The translations under genes were made by a program, and so were the position numbers. A stretch of DNA of 64,000 nucleotides from a virus: the IMG/VR virus record IMGVR_UViG_3300010244_000098, one strand, 5' to 3'. Positions 48,609 through 58,715 of this stretch are shown one piece after another; the stretch's first letter is position 1; every line of letters starts with the position of its first letter. The notes beneath the pieces were generated by a model that saw only the letters and a list, made by a program, of their open reading frames with translations, was not told the DNA's origin and made no database searches.

Positions 48609-50078
48609 ATGATGCAACAACCAACAGTCAAACCGACGTATCGGTACGAGGAACGAAAGGAGACCGTGGCGCTGTCTGAACATCTCAAACACGTCACGGA
48701 CCAACATCCGTTTGCCCTTCTGACCACAGGCGTTGGAAGTGGCAAGACGTTCGTTGCCATACGCATGGCCTATTTATACGACCCGAACGCCTTCCTGCTA
48801 GTGATTGCTCCCAAATCAAAAATTGAGGAGCACTCCTGGGAGCCGTCGGTGGAGGCCTTTAATCGCACCATGAACAGTGATCTAACGATATACAGCACCA
48901 ATTACGACCAATTGCAGGCTAAAGACGGACCGAAGAATATATCGGACCAGCTCGAACAAGCCTGTGATGAAAACCGAACAGTTATACTGATTTATGATGA
49001 GGCTCACGTCATCAAACTGAGCCCTGACGGAACAATCAGCAAAACCGCAAAATTAGCCATTCAATTGAGTCAGACAAACGTCATTGACCATACGATCGGC
49101 GCGACAGGTACGCCCCTGGCCAACTCTTATGTTGACTACGGGACGTATTTTGTTATGGCCGGTTTTTATACAAGCAAATCCAAATATTTAAAAGAACAAG
49201 TTATCCAGTGGGATCAGTATTTCGCCCCTGTCGTCAAAAACCCCGTCACCGGGAAGATCGATCGTAACTTATTCTGGGAACCGGATAAAATTGACGCCAT
49301 GCAGAACTCAATCACCGTCTACGACGAAACGGAAGGACTCCTTCCGCCGTATAAAGAACACTGGGTGCCTTTTACCATGAGCAACGATGAATCCCTTGCT
49401 TTTGTCGATGAGGAACTGGCTGACGAATTTACCCATAATGAAGCCAAAGAACGAACCTATTTGGGGCATTACAAACACGTCAAGCAAATGGTGAGAAACG
49501 GCGGGTATTTCGAGTTTCCTGTTACTGGAATCACTCGTATGCGCAGGTATATGGCCAAAGACCCCGAACGGCTGAAACAAGCCGCACGGATTCTTTACAA
49601 CAAGCTGTATACCAAGAACCCCCATCCTGTTCTTATCTTTTACTTAAACAATGCCGAAAAAGAGGTGTTGGAGGAGCTGCTGACCACCAATCAACATTTC
49701 CAGCACGTCCACCTTCGATACGTCAACGGCGACCAGAAAGACCCGCTCATTCCCGATCATCAAGAGACGGTTTACCTGATTCAGTATAAGGCCGGGAGTG
49801 CCGCTATTGAGATTCCTGAGGCTAAAACGACTATTTTCTACATGCCTACCTATTCGTATGCTGATTTCAAACAAGCCAAAGGACGAAATCGACGAAACTT
49901 AAAGAGTGACCGAAACACCTCAGACACGATTCATTATTACTATTTGTCCGCAACGAACACCTTAGATGAACGCATTTGGGACGCTGTATCCAATAAACGA
50001 GATTTTTCTAATAAAGCCCTCAGGTCATGGATAAATAGTCAGAAAGGAGATTTTATGAATGGAATATCAATTAGCTAA
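48609..50078 (+). CDS. SF2 (DEAH/SNF2-like) helicase
   Basis: TGVGSGKT, IYDEAH, ATGTP, QAKGRNRR; RBS GAGGGA favours the start at 48609. Confidence 0.85.
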   Translation: MMQQPTVKPTYRYEERKETVALSEHLKHVTDQHPFALLTTGVGSGKTFVAIRMAYLYDPNAFLLVIAPKSKIEEHSWEPSVEAFNRTMNSDLTIYSTNYDQLQAKDGPKNISDQLEQACDENRTVILIYDEAHVIKLSPDGTISKTAKLAIQLSQTNVIDHTIGATGTPLANSYVDYGTYFVMAGFYTSKSKYLKEQVIQWDQYFAPVVKNPVTGKIDRNLFWEPDKIDAMQNSITVYDETEGLLPPYKEHWVPFTMSNDESLAFVDEELADEFTHNEAKERTYLGHYKHVKQMVRNGGYFEFPVTGITRMRRYMAKDPERLKQAARILYNKLYTKNPHPVLIFYLNNAEKEVLEELLTTNQHFQHVHLRYVNGDQKDPLIPDHQETVYLIQYKAGSAAIEIPEAKTTIFYMPTYSYADFKQAKGRNRRNLKSDRNTSDTIHYYYLSATNTLDERIWDAVSNKRDFSNKALRSWINSQKGDFMNGISIS

Positions 50079-51963
50079 AACCCTGTCCGCCCATGACCTG
50101 GCTGACAAAGTTGAAGAACTCATCACCAATGACGAAACACCAGACGAACACAAGAAAATATTGTCTTCTCATTTAAACGGAACCCAAAAGACCAACACGA
50201 TTACACGGCCGGTGACGATCGACGATCCGGCAACCGTATCGGCGTTGAAGAACGGTGCATTTTACCTTACTGTTCAAGCAGTTTTAACGACACCTCAGGC
50301 CCAAGAAGCCATAGTTCGATACATTGACCAGAATAAAAAAGCCGTTGTCGAGGCTTATTCTAACGCAGAACCTGTTGACGGGCTCCAATCACTGGCTGAC
50401 CGGACCATGCGGGATACAAACACTATGCAAAAAATTGTTACCTTCCTCACCCTTCTTATCCGTGAAGGAGAAGAAAACGACGACGAATTCGATAACCATG
50501 AACAAGAGTATTTTCACGTCTTCATTAACGAGGTATTCCCATTCTTGAGGACCGCGGTTCACATACACCGTCATCGTTTCAAAGAACAACTTCATCCTGA
50601 CGGACTGTTAGAGAAGATCATCCATCAAAATGCTGTCGATATCAGCGAGGAAGAACTCCAAGAAATCAGCGTTGAGCTGGATTTATCTGAAGACGATGAC
50701 TATTACGACCAGAAAATCAAACAAGAACTGATACGCAGAGCTCTTGCTGACGAACATTGTCATAATCACACAAGCGAGTTTATCGAATTCACCATGGATG
50801 ATGTTCACAAATTGAGCAATGCCATGGACAATCCAAACAAACGGCGACGGGTACAACGTCCCGTTAAGGAGGACACCCAGCCCTTTCATTACAGCATCAA
50901 AGACATCTACGTTCTGGGGTTGTTGTTCTTTCTTAATGAATACCTGAACGTCCTGCCCGCCTCCTCATTCTTCTTTCAAACAGAGACTGAGATAGAGGCG
51001 TTCATTGATGTTTACAAAGCTGTTGCCCCAATGTATAAAACAAACGGGCCGTCTATATCATCAAAGAATGTAAAAACAAAACAGCGCCCGCTTCCTATTG
51101 CAAACAACGACACGTTTTCCCAGGCTCTCTTTTATTCAGCTGAAGAACGCCACCGACAACTCGGCACGTTTATTTCTAACGTCTATGAGACCTTCGGGTT
51201 AAGCATAGACGCTATGTGCAACATTCCGTTGAATAAAACGGATTTAAATACACTCGCCCACCTCGTTAATAAACAGGCGAAGTTGAATGATTGGAACGAA
51301 GAACTTAAGGAACAGGCCTATCTGCTTGGGTTGTTTCTATCTGCGAATACCACACTGATGAAAAGCCATCGGGACGATAGAAGCGAAGTTGAAACGATTA
51401 TCCGTATGGATCAGGCCGAAAAAGACAAGCATCGTCATGCCCTGGAACAAAAAGATAAAGATATTGAGCGTCTGCAAAAACTGGTGAAAGAGAAAAACGA
51501 CGGGTTGAAAACATTAGACGCCTTAAAGCAGAAGAGTGCCCTGCTGGAAGAAAAACTGAAGTGGCAGGAGGAAAAAGAAGACGTTCATCAGGAAGTCAAT
51601 AACGTCGATTCTGATACAGACGAATCCGTGGCCACTGAAGCCGTTATTGAACGGTTGAACCGCCCTTCTGTCTGTTTCATCGGCGGAGACCGCAACTGGC
51701 AGCAACGCTTGAAGGAAGACCTCCCTGACGCTGTGTTTCAATTAGCTGAGGAAAGCAACCGTTCTATGAGCCACGTTGAACGTGCGGATATCATTATCTA
51801 CAATACCGCAACGATGAATCACGGCTTATTCTACCGGTTTAAGAACCATTTGAAACGCAATTCTAAAGACCCGGCTGTGATCTATCTGAACAACCAGGCC
51901 AGCAACGCTGAACGAACGTATCAATCTATTGCCCGCCAATTGATAAACCAACAACGCACTTAA
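50059..51963 (+). CDS. coiled-coil protein with C-terminal DUF2325-like domain
   Basis: VCFIGGDRNWQQRLK...ADIIIYNTATMNHGLF. Confidence 0.65.
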   Translation: MEYQLAKTLSAHDLADKVEELITNDETPDEHKKILSSHLNGTQKTNTITRPVTIDDPATVSALKNGAFYLTVQAVLTTPQAQEAIVRYIDQNKKAVVEAYSNAEPVDGLQSLADRTMRDTNTMQKIVTFLTLLIREGEENDDEFDNHEQEYFHVFINEVFPFLRTAVHIHRHRFKEQLHPDGLLEKIIHQNAVDISEEELQEISVELDLSEDDDYYDQKIKQELIRRALADEHCHNHTSEFIEFTMDDVHKLSNAMDNPNKRRRVQRPVKEDTQPFHYSIKDIYVLGLLFFLNEYLNVLPASSFFFQTETEIEAFIDVYKAVAPMYKTNGPSISSKNVKTKQRPLPIANNDTFSQALFYSAEERHRQLGTFISNVYETFGLSIDAMCNIPLNKTDLNTLAHLVNKQAKLNDWNEELKEQAYLLGLFLSANTTLMKSHRDDRSEVETIIRMDQAEKDKHRHALEQKDKDIERLQKLVKEKNDGLKTLDALKQKSALLEEKLKWQEEKEDVHQEVNNVDSDTDESVATEAVIERLNRPSVCFIGGDRNWQQRLKEDLPDAVFQLAEESNRSMSHVERADIIIYNTATMNHGLFYRFKNHLKRNSKDPAVIYLNNQASNAERTYQSIARQLINQQRT

Positions 51964-51979
51964 GAAAGGACATCGAATT

Positions 51980-52477
51980 ATGTTATTCCCTACTTTTAAA
52001 TTTAAAATCAAAGACTTGAGCGACCAATTCCACGTGGTCCAAGTGGACGACAAGACCGAAGTTCACTGGATATACGGCGGATTTGATATCTATGAGGCCG
52101 CACAAAAGCATCCGTACCGCGTTCATAAATCGACAGGAATCAAACACCTTTCCGACCGAATGAAACAATGGATCAGCAGTGAAGATAACGAGCCGATGTT
52201 TCACGTCATTGCTGAAATAAGTGAAGTGGACGAACATGCCGTCGCTATGGATATATCTCCGTACCACCTGCCGGAACACATGAGAAAACGCGTCGCTCCA
52301 TTGATCGCTGCTTACGTGGCTACCCCTTTGACAGACCGGACGCAACGAATCCAAGCAACGATTGAACCGCAGGTGGAATCCGGATTTGAGAAACGCCAGC
52401 GGGAGAAAAACGAGAATAAGAAATACTTTGATGATTTATTGAATCGACAAAAAGCCACGTCACAGAAAGTGAGGTAA
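51980..52477 (+). CDS. hypothetical protein
   Basis: RBS GAAAGGA, in operon. Confidence 0.65.
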   Translation: MLFPTFKFKIKDLSDQFHVVQVDDKTEVHWIYGGFDIYEAAQKHPYRVHKSTGIKHLSDRMKQWISSEDNEPMFHVIAEISEVDEHAVAMDISPYHLPEHMRKRVAPLIAAYVATPLTDRTQRIQATIEPQVESGFEKRQREKNENKKYFDDLLNRQKATSQKVR

Positions 52478-52480
52478 ACG

Positions 52481-53338
52481 ATGCTCTATTATACAAAATA
52501 CGCCACACCGATACGGGCAGATATCACTCTGCCTATTACCTTAATCGGAACAGGCTCAGAAGGAAATAGCATTGTTATTGACCCTTTTCGTTTAATGATC
52601 GATGTTGGATTTGCCTACGGGAAAATAACGGAGCACGTCAACATGGACCAGGTCGACTTTGTGGCTTTAACTCATGAACACATGGATCATTTAAAAATCT
52701 CCACGTTAAAACGATTCGTCAAACGCCACCCTCACCTTGTTCTGCTTATGCCGGAACGGGTGTGGGATTTCATACAGAACAAAGACCCAAACGGCAGTGC
52801 TCAAATCGAACACCGGGTTCAACCCTTTCCATTTGATAAACCGTTCTTATTGGAGACAAGAGACAAATCGTCCTATATTATTACACCTCACTCAACCAAT
52901 CACGGCGACATTACCAATGTCGCCTATGAAATAACGGACGAAGAAACGGGCACGCATATGCTCTATGCGACAGATTTGGACACGTTTGACGAAGGACCGG
53001 ACGGGTTTCCGTCGGGACTTCCTCAGTCCACCAATGACCCGTTTAATCTCATATTCCTCGAAGCGAACTATGATGAGGAGGTTTTGAGTCAGTACATTCG
53101 AGAAAAGACAGCCCTTATCCGCGAAAAAGAAATGGAACAGTTTACCGGCGGTTCGTCAGAGAAAGAATTGAAGACCCACCGCAATCACTTGTTCCGGGCT
53201 AAAAGCAACTGGCGCCACGTCAGCGAACAAGAAGCGATTCACTATATCGGCAAACACTTAACGCCCGGCGGGTTGTTCATTCCCATGCACGCCAGCCGGA
53301 CATTCGGCACGTATTTTCAGGATATGGCCGAGGAGTAA
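52481..53338 (+). CDS. metallo-beta-lactamase-fold hydrolase (phage YycJ-like nuclease)
   Basis: IGTGSEGNS, IDVG, THEHMDH, LYATD, LEANYD, HVS, PMHAS. Confidence 0.85.
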   Translation: MLYYTKYATPIRADITLPITLIGTGSEGNSIVIDPFRLMIDVGFAYGKITEHVNMDQVDFVALTHEHMDHLKISTLKRFVKRHPHLVLLMPERVWDFIQNKDPNGSAQIEHRVQPFPFDKPFLLETRDKSSYIITPHSTNHGDITNVAYEITDEETGTHMLYATDLDTFDEGPDGFPSGLPQSTNDPFNLIFLEANYDEEVLSQYIREKTALIREKEMEQFTGGSSEKELKTHRNHLFRAKSNWRHVSEQEAIHYIGKHLTPGGLFIPMHASRTFGTYFQDMAEE

Positions 53339-53464
53339 CCCCGGCCTTTGTCCGTTTCGTGCTGATTGTTTGACACTGTGAATTTATCTATAAAAATAGA
53401 ACAACTGCGTTACAATGAATAGACAGAAAACCCCGTCCCCTAAGACGAAGAAAGGACCCCGTTT

Positions 53465-53878
53465 ATGATGATAGCAAAAGAAAAACAACGCGACATTCTT
53501 GAAGAATGCTCATTTATCCGAGGATACAGTGAGTTCATTCACCTCTCTAAACTGACTGTATTTTTAAGTATAAAGACAGAATCGATCCGCGAAATCGACC
53601 AGGTCTATTTTTCTGACCGTTCCATGTTGAATGAGAAAACAGCCAAGGCCTACCAACAACTCGTTGACTATATCAATGAATCTGACAGCACCCGATGTCC
53701 TGTTCGTAAAGATACAGAGATGACATTTGGTCTGAAAGAAAAATCAAACGGCACCATGGAGTTTCATCTCTATGCTGAAGACCCTGTTTTAGACAGCATG
53801 GACGAACAAAAACTTGTTTTATGGCTCGAAGACATCAATCGTTTCGCACACAACAATTTATTGCAAAGGAGTTTATAA
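53465..53878 (+). CDS. hypothetical protein
   Basis: RBS AAAGGA, 137 aa. Confidence 0.6.
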   Translation: MMIAKEKQRDILEECSFIRGYSEFIHLSKLTVFLSIKTESIREIDQVYFSDRSMLNEKTAKAYQQLVDYINESDSTRCPVRKDTEMTFGLKEKSNGTMEFHLYAEDPVLDSMDEQKLVLWLEDINRFAHNNLLQRSL

Positions 53879-53879
53879 A

Positions 53880-54200
53880 ATGATTGTAACCAAACTAAAT
53901 GCTATGCCTGTCGAAGGAAAAAAAGAACTAATGCGTATTTTAAGCACAGTTGAATTGCCTCTTGACTACACGGATATCGAAAACATACAGCACACTTTTG
54001 AAACAGAGACCAACATCCAAATGGACCATTACGGAGTGGATACAACGACCATGTTCGCCCTCTTATTCACTAAATTGTACAAAGGACTCATCAACCCTGA
54101 TGTCAGTCTGTTTGCCAACCCTGACGCGTCCTCGTTTTCAGACATGATGACGTTGGATCATACAAAAAGACGAGAGAACTACCACGGCGAATTGATATAA
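53880..54200 (+). CDS. hypothetical protein
   Basis: RBS AAGGAG before ATG 53880. Confidence 0.6.
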   Translation: MIVTKLNAMPVEGKKELMRILSTVELPLDYTDIENIQHTFETETNIQMDHYGVDTTTMFALLFTKLYKGLINPDVSLFANPDASSFSDMMTLDHTKRRENYHGELI

Positions 54201-54386
54201 TTCGCCTTTTTTGTGTCTAGCTGTAAGGGGCACATCCGTGTCCCTGCCTACGATTACATGGCTACACAAATGACTGCCAAGTATGGTAAAATAACAATGT
54301 TAGAAAACAACGCCGAACGAATGATTCGTTTCGACACTCTACACTGCTCGTTTATCAGAAATCAAGTCGAGCGAAGGAGGTGTACC

Positions 54387-54974
54387 TTGAAACATGTTTA
54401 TGTGATTTCTCAAACAGAAAGAGATGTAAAAGAGTTGATTGCTCCTTTTAATAAACGACGCCCCGTCCCTCACGTCCGACCGAAGAAACAACTTATTGAA
54501 CAAAAACGACAAAAGATCCAGCAAGAACACGATAAGCTCAAAGAAGACTATGAGAGTTTAGCGGAATTCAACAGAGCGTATAATAAAGAGAAATACGACG
54601 CCTACCGCCGTTATGTCAATGAGGATATGCCTATTTACCTGTCCGGCACTCCGCGGAGTGACGATGCTCTGTGGGTCCATATTCGACAGGAGGAAAAAAT
54701 ACCCGAAATGGACCTGCTTCCTAAAGACCGGATTTTGCTCCGTTCCAATCCAAACGGAAAATGGAAGCATTTTAAAATTCAAAAGAAACCGTCTCCCAAA
54801 CACCGGGTGGAAGATGTCCTTGACACATTGGTGGACCCCGGGACAGCCGTCCTGCTCCCTAATTATCTATGGATTGAAGAAAATGACCGACGCTTCTCAT
54901 CCAAATGGCGCGAAGATGTTATTACGCCTTACAGCGAAGCATCCTTCGGTATTGTCCAATACGTTGAGGAATAA
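54387..54974 (+). CDS. hypothetical protein
   Basis: RBS AAGGAGG before TTG 54387; followed by a terminator at ~54991-55024. Confidence 0.65.
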   Translation: MKHVYVISQTERDVKELIAPFNKRRPVPHVRPKKQLIEQKRQKIQQEHDKLKEDYESLAEFNRAYNKEKYDAYRRYVNEDMPIYLSGTPRSDDALWVHIRQEEKIPEMDLLPKDRILLRSNPNGKWKHFKIQKKPSPKHRVEDVLDTLVDPGTAVLLPNYLWIEENDRRFSSKWREDVITPYSEASFGIVQYVEE

Positions 54975-55100
54975 TCAAAGAGTACGCGAGACAGGCAGGA
55001 ACTTCGGTTCCTGTCTATTTTTTTGACCTGTTTCACGGTCTTCATTTTACAAAAGACTTAATGCTATACTGAATCTATAATGTATACGAGGAGGAAACAC

Positions 55101-58100
55101 ATGGGAAATGATTTAGTTTTAGGAATGGATATCGGCGTATCCAGCGTAGGCTGGGGAATTATAAATCGGACGTCCGGAGACATTGTTGCCAGTGCCGTAC
55201 GAAAGTTCGAAGAAGTCGACCGTAACGCTAATGAGAAACGACGGGAGTTTCGAGGAAGTGAAAGACTGTCCCGCCGAAGAAAACATCGTTTAAAGAGAAC
55301 GAAAGACTTGTTTGACGCATACCGTATTCCTCATGACGCTATTCAAACCGTCGATCCTTACGAAGCCCGATTGAAAGGGTTGTCGCTCCCGCTTTCTGAA
55401 CTGGAACTGGCTACGGCGCTGTATCACCTGGCTAAACGTCGCGGAACAACGATTGACACCCCTGAAGATGACGACGCCGCAGCGGACAGTTTGTCTACCA
55501 AAGACCAATTGAAGCAAAATGCAAAAGAACTAAAAGACAAATACATTGTTGAGATTCAATACGAAAGATTAAAAGAAGACAAGTCCATTCGAAACCATAA
55601 GAATCGTTTTCGAACCGAGGATTATATACGCGAAGCAAACACCCTTCTTGATACTCAGCGACGTGCTCACGAGAAAATCGATGAGGCTTTTGTCAACAAC
55701 TACCTGGAGATTTTGACCAGTCGCCGTGAATATTACGAAGGACCGGGTTCTCAAAAGTCCCCTACTCCCTATGGGAGATACTTTTACGACGAGGACGGAG
55801 AATTGCGCTATGAAGGTATGATTGAAAAAATGCGAGGGAAAGGGACATATTTTAAAGATCAGCCTCGAATGGCAAAACGTTCCTATACGGCAGAGTTATT
55901 CAACGTTCTTAACGAATTAAATAACGTACGCTATCCTGACGAAGAAACGGGTGAGATGAAAGCTCTGACTCAAGAAGAAAAACAGCAACTGATTAATAAC
56001 TATTTAAAGAAAAACAAACGAATCACATTAAACGCTATTGCGAAGTTAGTCAACCTCTCCAATAAACTGGAGATTAAAGGCGCTCCAATCAATATGAAAA
56101 AGAACAAAGCGGAGTTTTCTGAACTCAAAAGGTTCAAAGAATTGAAAAAACAATTAAAAGATGTTGATGTGCCAGATTATTTTTTCGAAAATGTCCCTTG
56201 TTTGGATTCAATCGCCGATATTTTGACTTCAGAGAAAGGAATGACCCGCAGAGAAGAACAACTTTCTGATCTTTTTGAAACCCATTACGCTGATCCTTTA
56301 ACGAATGTTGTGGAGACGCTTAAAAACGATACCTTTTTCAAAGAATATCACTCCTTATCTAAACAAGGAATTGACTTGATTATGACTGAACTTTGGGAGA
56401 CAGAGAAAAATCAAATGCAGTTGTTTACAGAATACGGCTTAGGAGCCGATCGTATTTCCCAGCTCCAGTCTGGCACTGAGATTCAATTCGACGGAGAGGC
56501 TATTTTGAGCAGTGTTGCTCAACGCGCTCACCGGGAAGCCGTGAAGATCACCAACGAACTCCGAAAAACTTACGGGGAGTTTGATTACGTGGTTATCGAA
56601 ATGGCTCGAGAAAAGAACGAAAAAGAAAAGAAAGACAGGTATAGCGCTTTTCAAAAACAGCACGGGAAATTTGAAAGACGAATGGCAGAGTTATTGGGCG
56701 TTGAAGAACTAAAGGATCTTCGGTTGAATGGGAAACAGATGACCGCTTTAAAACTGTTGGATAAACAAGATTTTAAATGTATCTATTCCGGAAAAGGAAT
56801 CCTGCCGGACCAGATCGTCAACGACTTCCACTTGTTTGAAATTGACCACATTATTCCTATTTCCTACTCATATGACGACAGTCAGCAGAACAAAGTGTTG
56901 TGTTATGTCGATGAGAACCAAAAGAAAGGTCAAAAGACACCTTTCCACTATTTCCAAAGCGGAGAAGCCAGCCGGTCATTCGAAGAATTTGAACAAGAGT
57001 GCACCAATTTGTTCAACTCTAAGCGCATCTCTAAGAAAAAACTCAACTACCTGCTCGAAAAGAGAGATGTACAACGTGACGAAGAAGTCCAGACAAGTTT
57101 TATCAATCGTAATTTAGTCGACACACGGTATGCCATGGGGAGTTTTTCCAATAATTTAAGAGCCTTTTACCAGAACAATCAGATCCCCACTCGAGTACTG
57201 TCTGTCCGGGGAAGTTTCACGCACGCGTTAAGAAAAAGAGCGAGATTGAACAAGGATCGTGATGAAAGTCACGCTCACCACGGAATCGACGCCCTGATCG
57301 TCGCTGCTATTGGAGTTATGCCTTTATTGAACCAATTCAAAAACCTAACAATGGACCCTCAAGGCGTCGCTGTTGATAAAAATACTGGCGAAATTCTCAG
57401 CAAAGAAGACATTTTTAGTGAGTCGTCCCTTCGATTCTTACATACATTACGCAACTACGAACCGTTCATCAATTATTCTCACAAGGTTGACCGAAAACCG
57501 AACCGGTCTATGACGAATCAAACGATTTATTCTACTCGGAAAAAGAATGATGAAGAATATAGGGTGAGAAAAATAAAGAACATTTACACCCTTGATAAAC
57601 AAGCGTTCAAGACATTGAAGAAAAAAATTGATCAACATCCGGAAAACTTTCTTATGGCACAGCACGATCCTAAGACGCGGGCGTTGATTCTCAAAGTCAT
57701 GGAAGAACATGACCATGCTGACAATCCGTTCCAAGATTTCTACACTAACCACGGGTACATCTTAAAGGACGGAAAAGTGCCTGTGAAAGGATTGAAATAT
57801 CTGCACGATAAAGTGGGGGTTTACAAAGACATTACTCATCACTATCCGAATGCTAAAAACAAGGTTATCTTAAAAAGTCAAAAAAGTATCCGTATTGATG
57901 TGTATCAAAATGAGCAGGGAAAATACAAATACTTAGGCGTTCCATACAATTGGTTCAAGAAAGAAAAGAACGCTTATGTTCTAGACATGGACGCCTATAA
58001 TGCAGAGAAAAAGGCTCCTTACAAACGTATTGATGGTAAGTATACGTTCCTTTATAGTTTTTATAAAAACGAGCGCATTTCTTATGACAAAGAAGAAAAA

Positions 58101-58346
58101 CGCACAAACCCTGTGACCGGTGAAAAAGAAAAGCAACAAGTCCATTACGATAAGCTATTCAGAGGAGACAGTAGTCCGAGAGACAATAAACTTGAGGTTG
58201 AAGATATTAGCTTTCAAACCAAAAAACAACAAATAATTTCTGTTGGATCGTTAAAAAATATCAAAAAATACACGGTTGATCTCTTAGGCAACGAGTATCT
58301 TATCGAACAAGAAACCTTCACCGATCGTGTCCCTATTATCCGTTGA
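55101..58346 (+). CDS. cas9: compact Cas9 (~1081 aa, SaCas9/St1Cas9-like)
   Basis: RuvC-I LGMDIGVSSVG, Arg-rich bridge helix, YYEGPG, RuvC-II VIEMARE, HNH EIDHIIP...DDS..NKVL....N..KG, FINRNLVDTRY, RuvC-III HHGIDALIVA. Confidence 0.98.
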   Translation: MGNDLVLGMDIGVSSVGWGIINRTSGDIVASAVRKFEEVDRNANEKRREFRGSERLSRRRKHRLKRTKDLFDAYRIPHDAIQTVDPYEARLKGLSLPLSELELATALYHLAKRRGTTIDTPEDDDAAADSLSTKDQLKQNAKELKDKYIVEIQYERLKEDKSIRNHKNRFRTEDYIREANTLLDTQRRAHEKIDEAFVNNYLEILTSRREYYEGPGSQKSPTPYGRYFYDEDGELRYEGMIEKMRGKGTYFKDQPRMAKRSYTAELFNVLNELNNVRYPDEETGEMKALTQEEKQQLINNYLKKNKRITLNAIAKLVNLSNKLEIKGAPINMKKNKAEFSELKRFKELKKQLKDVDVPDYFFENVPCLDSIADILTSEKGMTRREEQLSDLFETHYADPLTNVVETLKNDTFFKEYHSLSKQGIDLIMTELWETEKNQMQLFTEYGLGADRISQLQSGTEIQFDGEAILSSVAQRAHREAVKITNELRKTYGEFDYVVIEMAREKNEKEKKDRYSAFQKQHGKFERRMAELLGVEELKDLRLNGKQMTALKLLDKQDFKCIYSGKGILPDQIVNDFHLFEIDHIIPISYSYDDSQQNKVLCYVDENQKKGQKTPFHYFQSGEASRSFEEFEQECTNLFNSKRISKKKLNYLLEKRDVQRDEEVQTSFINRNLVDTRYAMGSFSNNLRAFYQNNQIPTRVLSVRGSFTHALRKRARLNKDRDESHAHHGIDALIVAAIGVMPLLNQFKNLTMDPQGVAVDKNTGEILSKEDIFSESSLRFLHTLRNYEPFINYSHKVDRKPNRSMTNQTIYSTRKKNDEEYRVRKIKNIYTLDKQAFKTLKKKIDQHPENFLMAQHDPKTRALILKVMEEHDHADNPFQDFYTNHGYILKDGKVPVKGLKYLHDKVGVYKDITHHYPNAKNKVILKSQKSIRIDVYQNEQGKYKYLGVPYNWFKKEKNAYVLDMDAYNAEKKAPYKRIDGKYTFLYSFYKNERISYDKEEKRTNPVTGEKEKQQVHYDKLFRGDSSPRDNKLEVEDISFQTKKQQIISVGSLKNIKKYTVDLLGNEYLIEQETFTDRVPIIR

Positions 58347-58390
58347 TCCAGGGAGTTTACTTCCCTAATCGCTTTTGATATACTGAAATT

Positions 58391-58485
58391 GTTCGATAGA
58401 TCATTTCACTATACCTAAGAACAATGGAATCTATCAAAACAAGGCTTTATGCCGAAATCAAAAGCCCCCGTTCAGGGGGCTTTTT
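58391..58485 (+). ncRNA. tracrRNA
   Basis: Promoter TTTACT-17-TATACT (58356-58384); anti-repeat 58404-58440; nexus AAGGCTTTATGCCG; terminator AAAAGCCCCC-GTTCA-GGGGGCTTTTT. Confidence 0.93.
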
Positions 58486-58715
58486 CTATGCTTAAAAATC
58501 TCGTATAATAAGAGTAACGCTTAGGGTGCCTTGTGGATAAATGACTGCTGTTTTTATTTTTTCCATTACTGCCTGTGGATAACAGGCAATTGCAAAACGT
58601 CATTATTTTTCATTTTGATTGGAAGGAAACGTCGATTGTATACTGTCAGTTCAATAATCATAACTGTTTTGATAAGAAAGTTAATTCTTACAGTTAGGGA
58701 TATACAATGAAAAAA

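Noticed and set aside
33580-53338. Prophage
   Set aside because: No integrase, terminase, portal, capsid, tail or holin-lysin genes recognised; context is conjugative and plasmid-like.
55101-58346. Catalytically dead or transposon-associated Cas9 (CAST/IscB-like)
   Set aside because: All catalytic motifs are intact, the REC lobe is full length, and there is no transposase or terminal repeat nearby.
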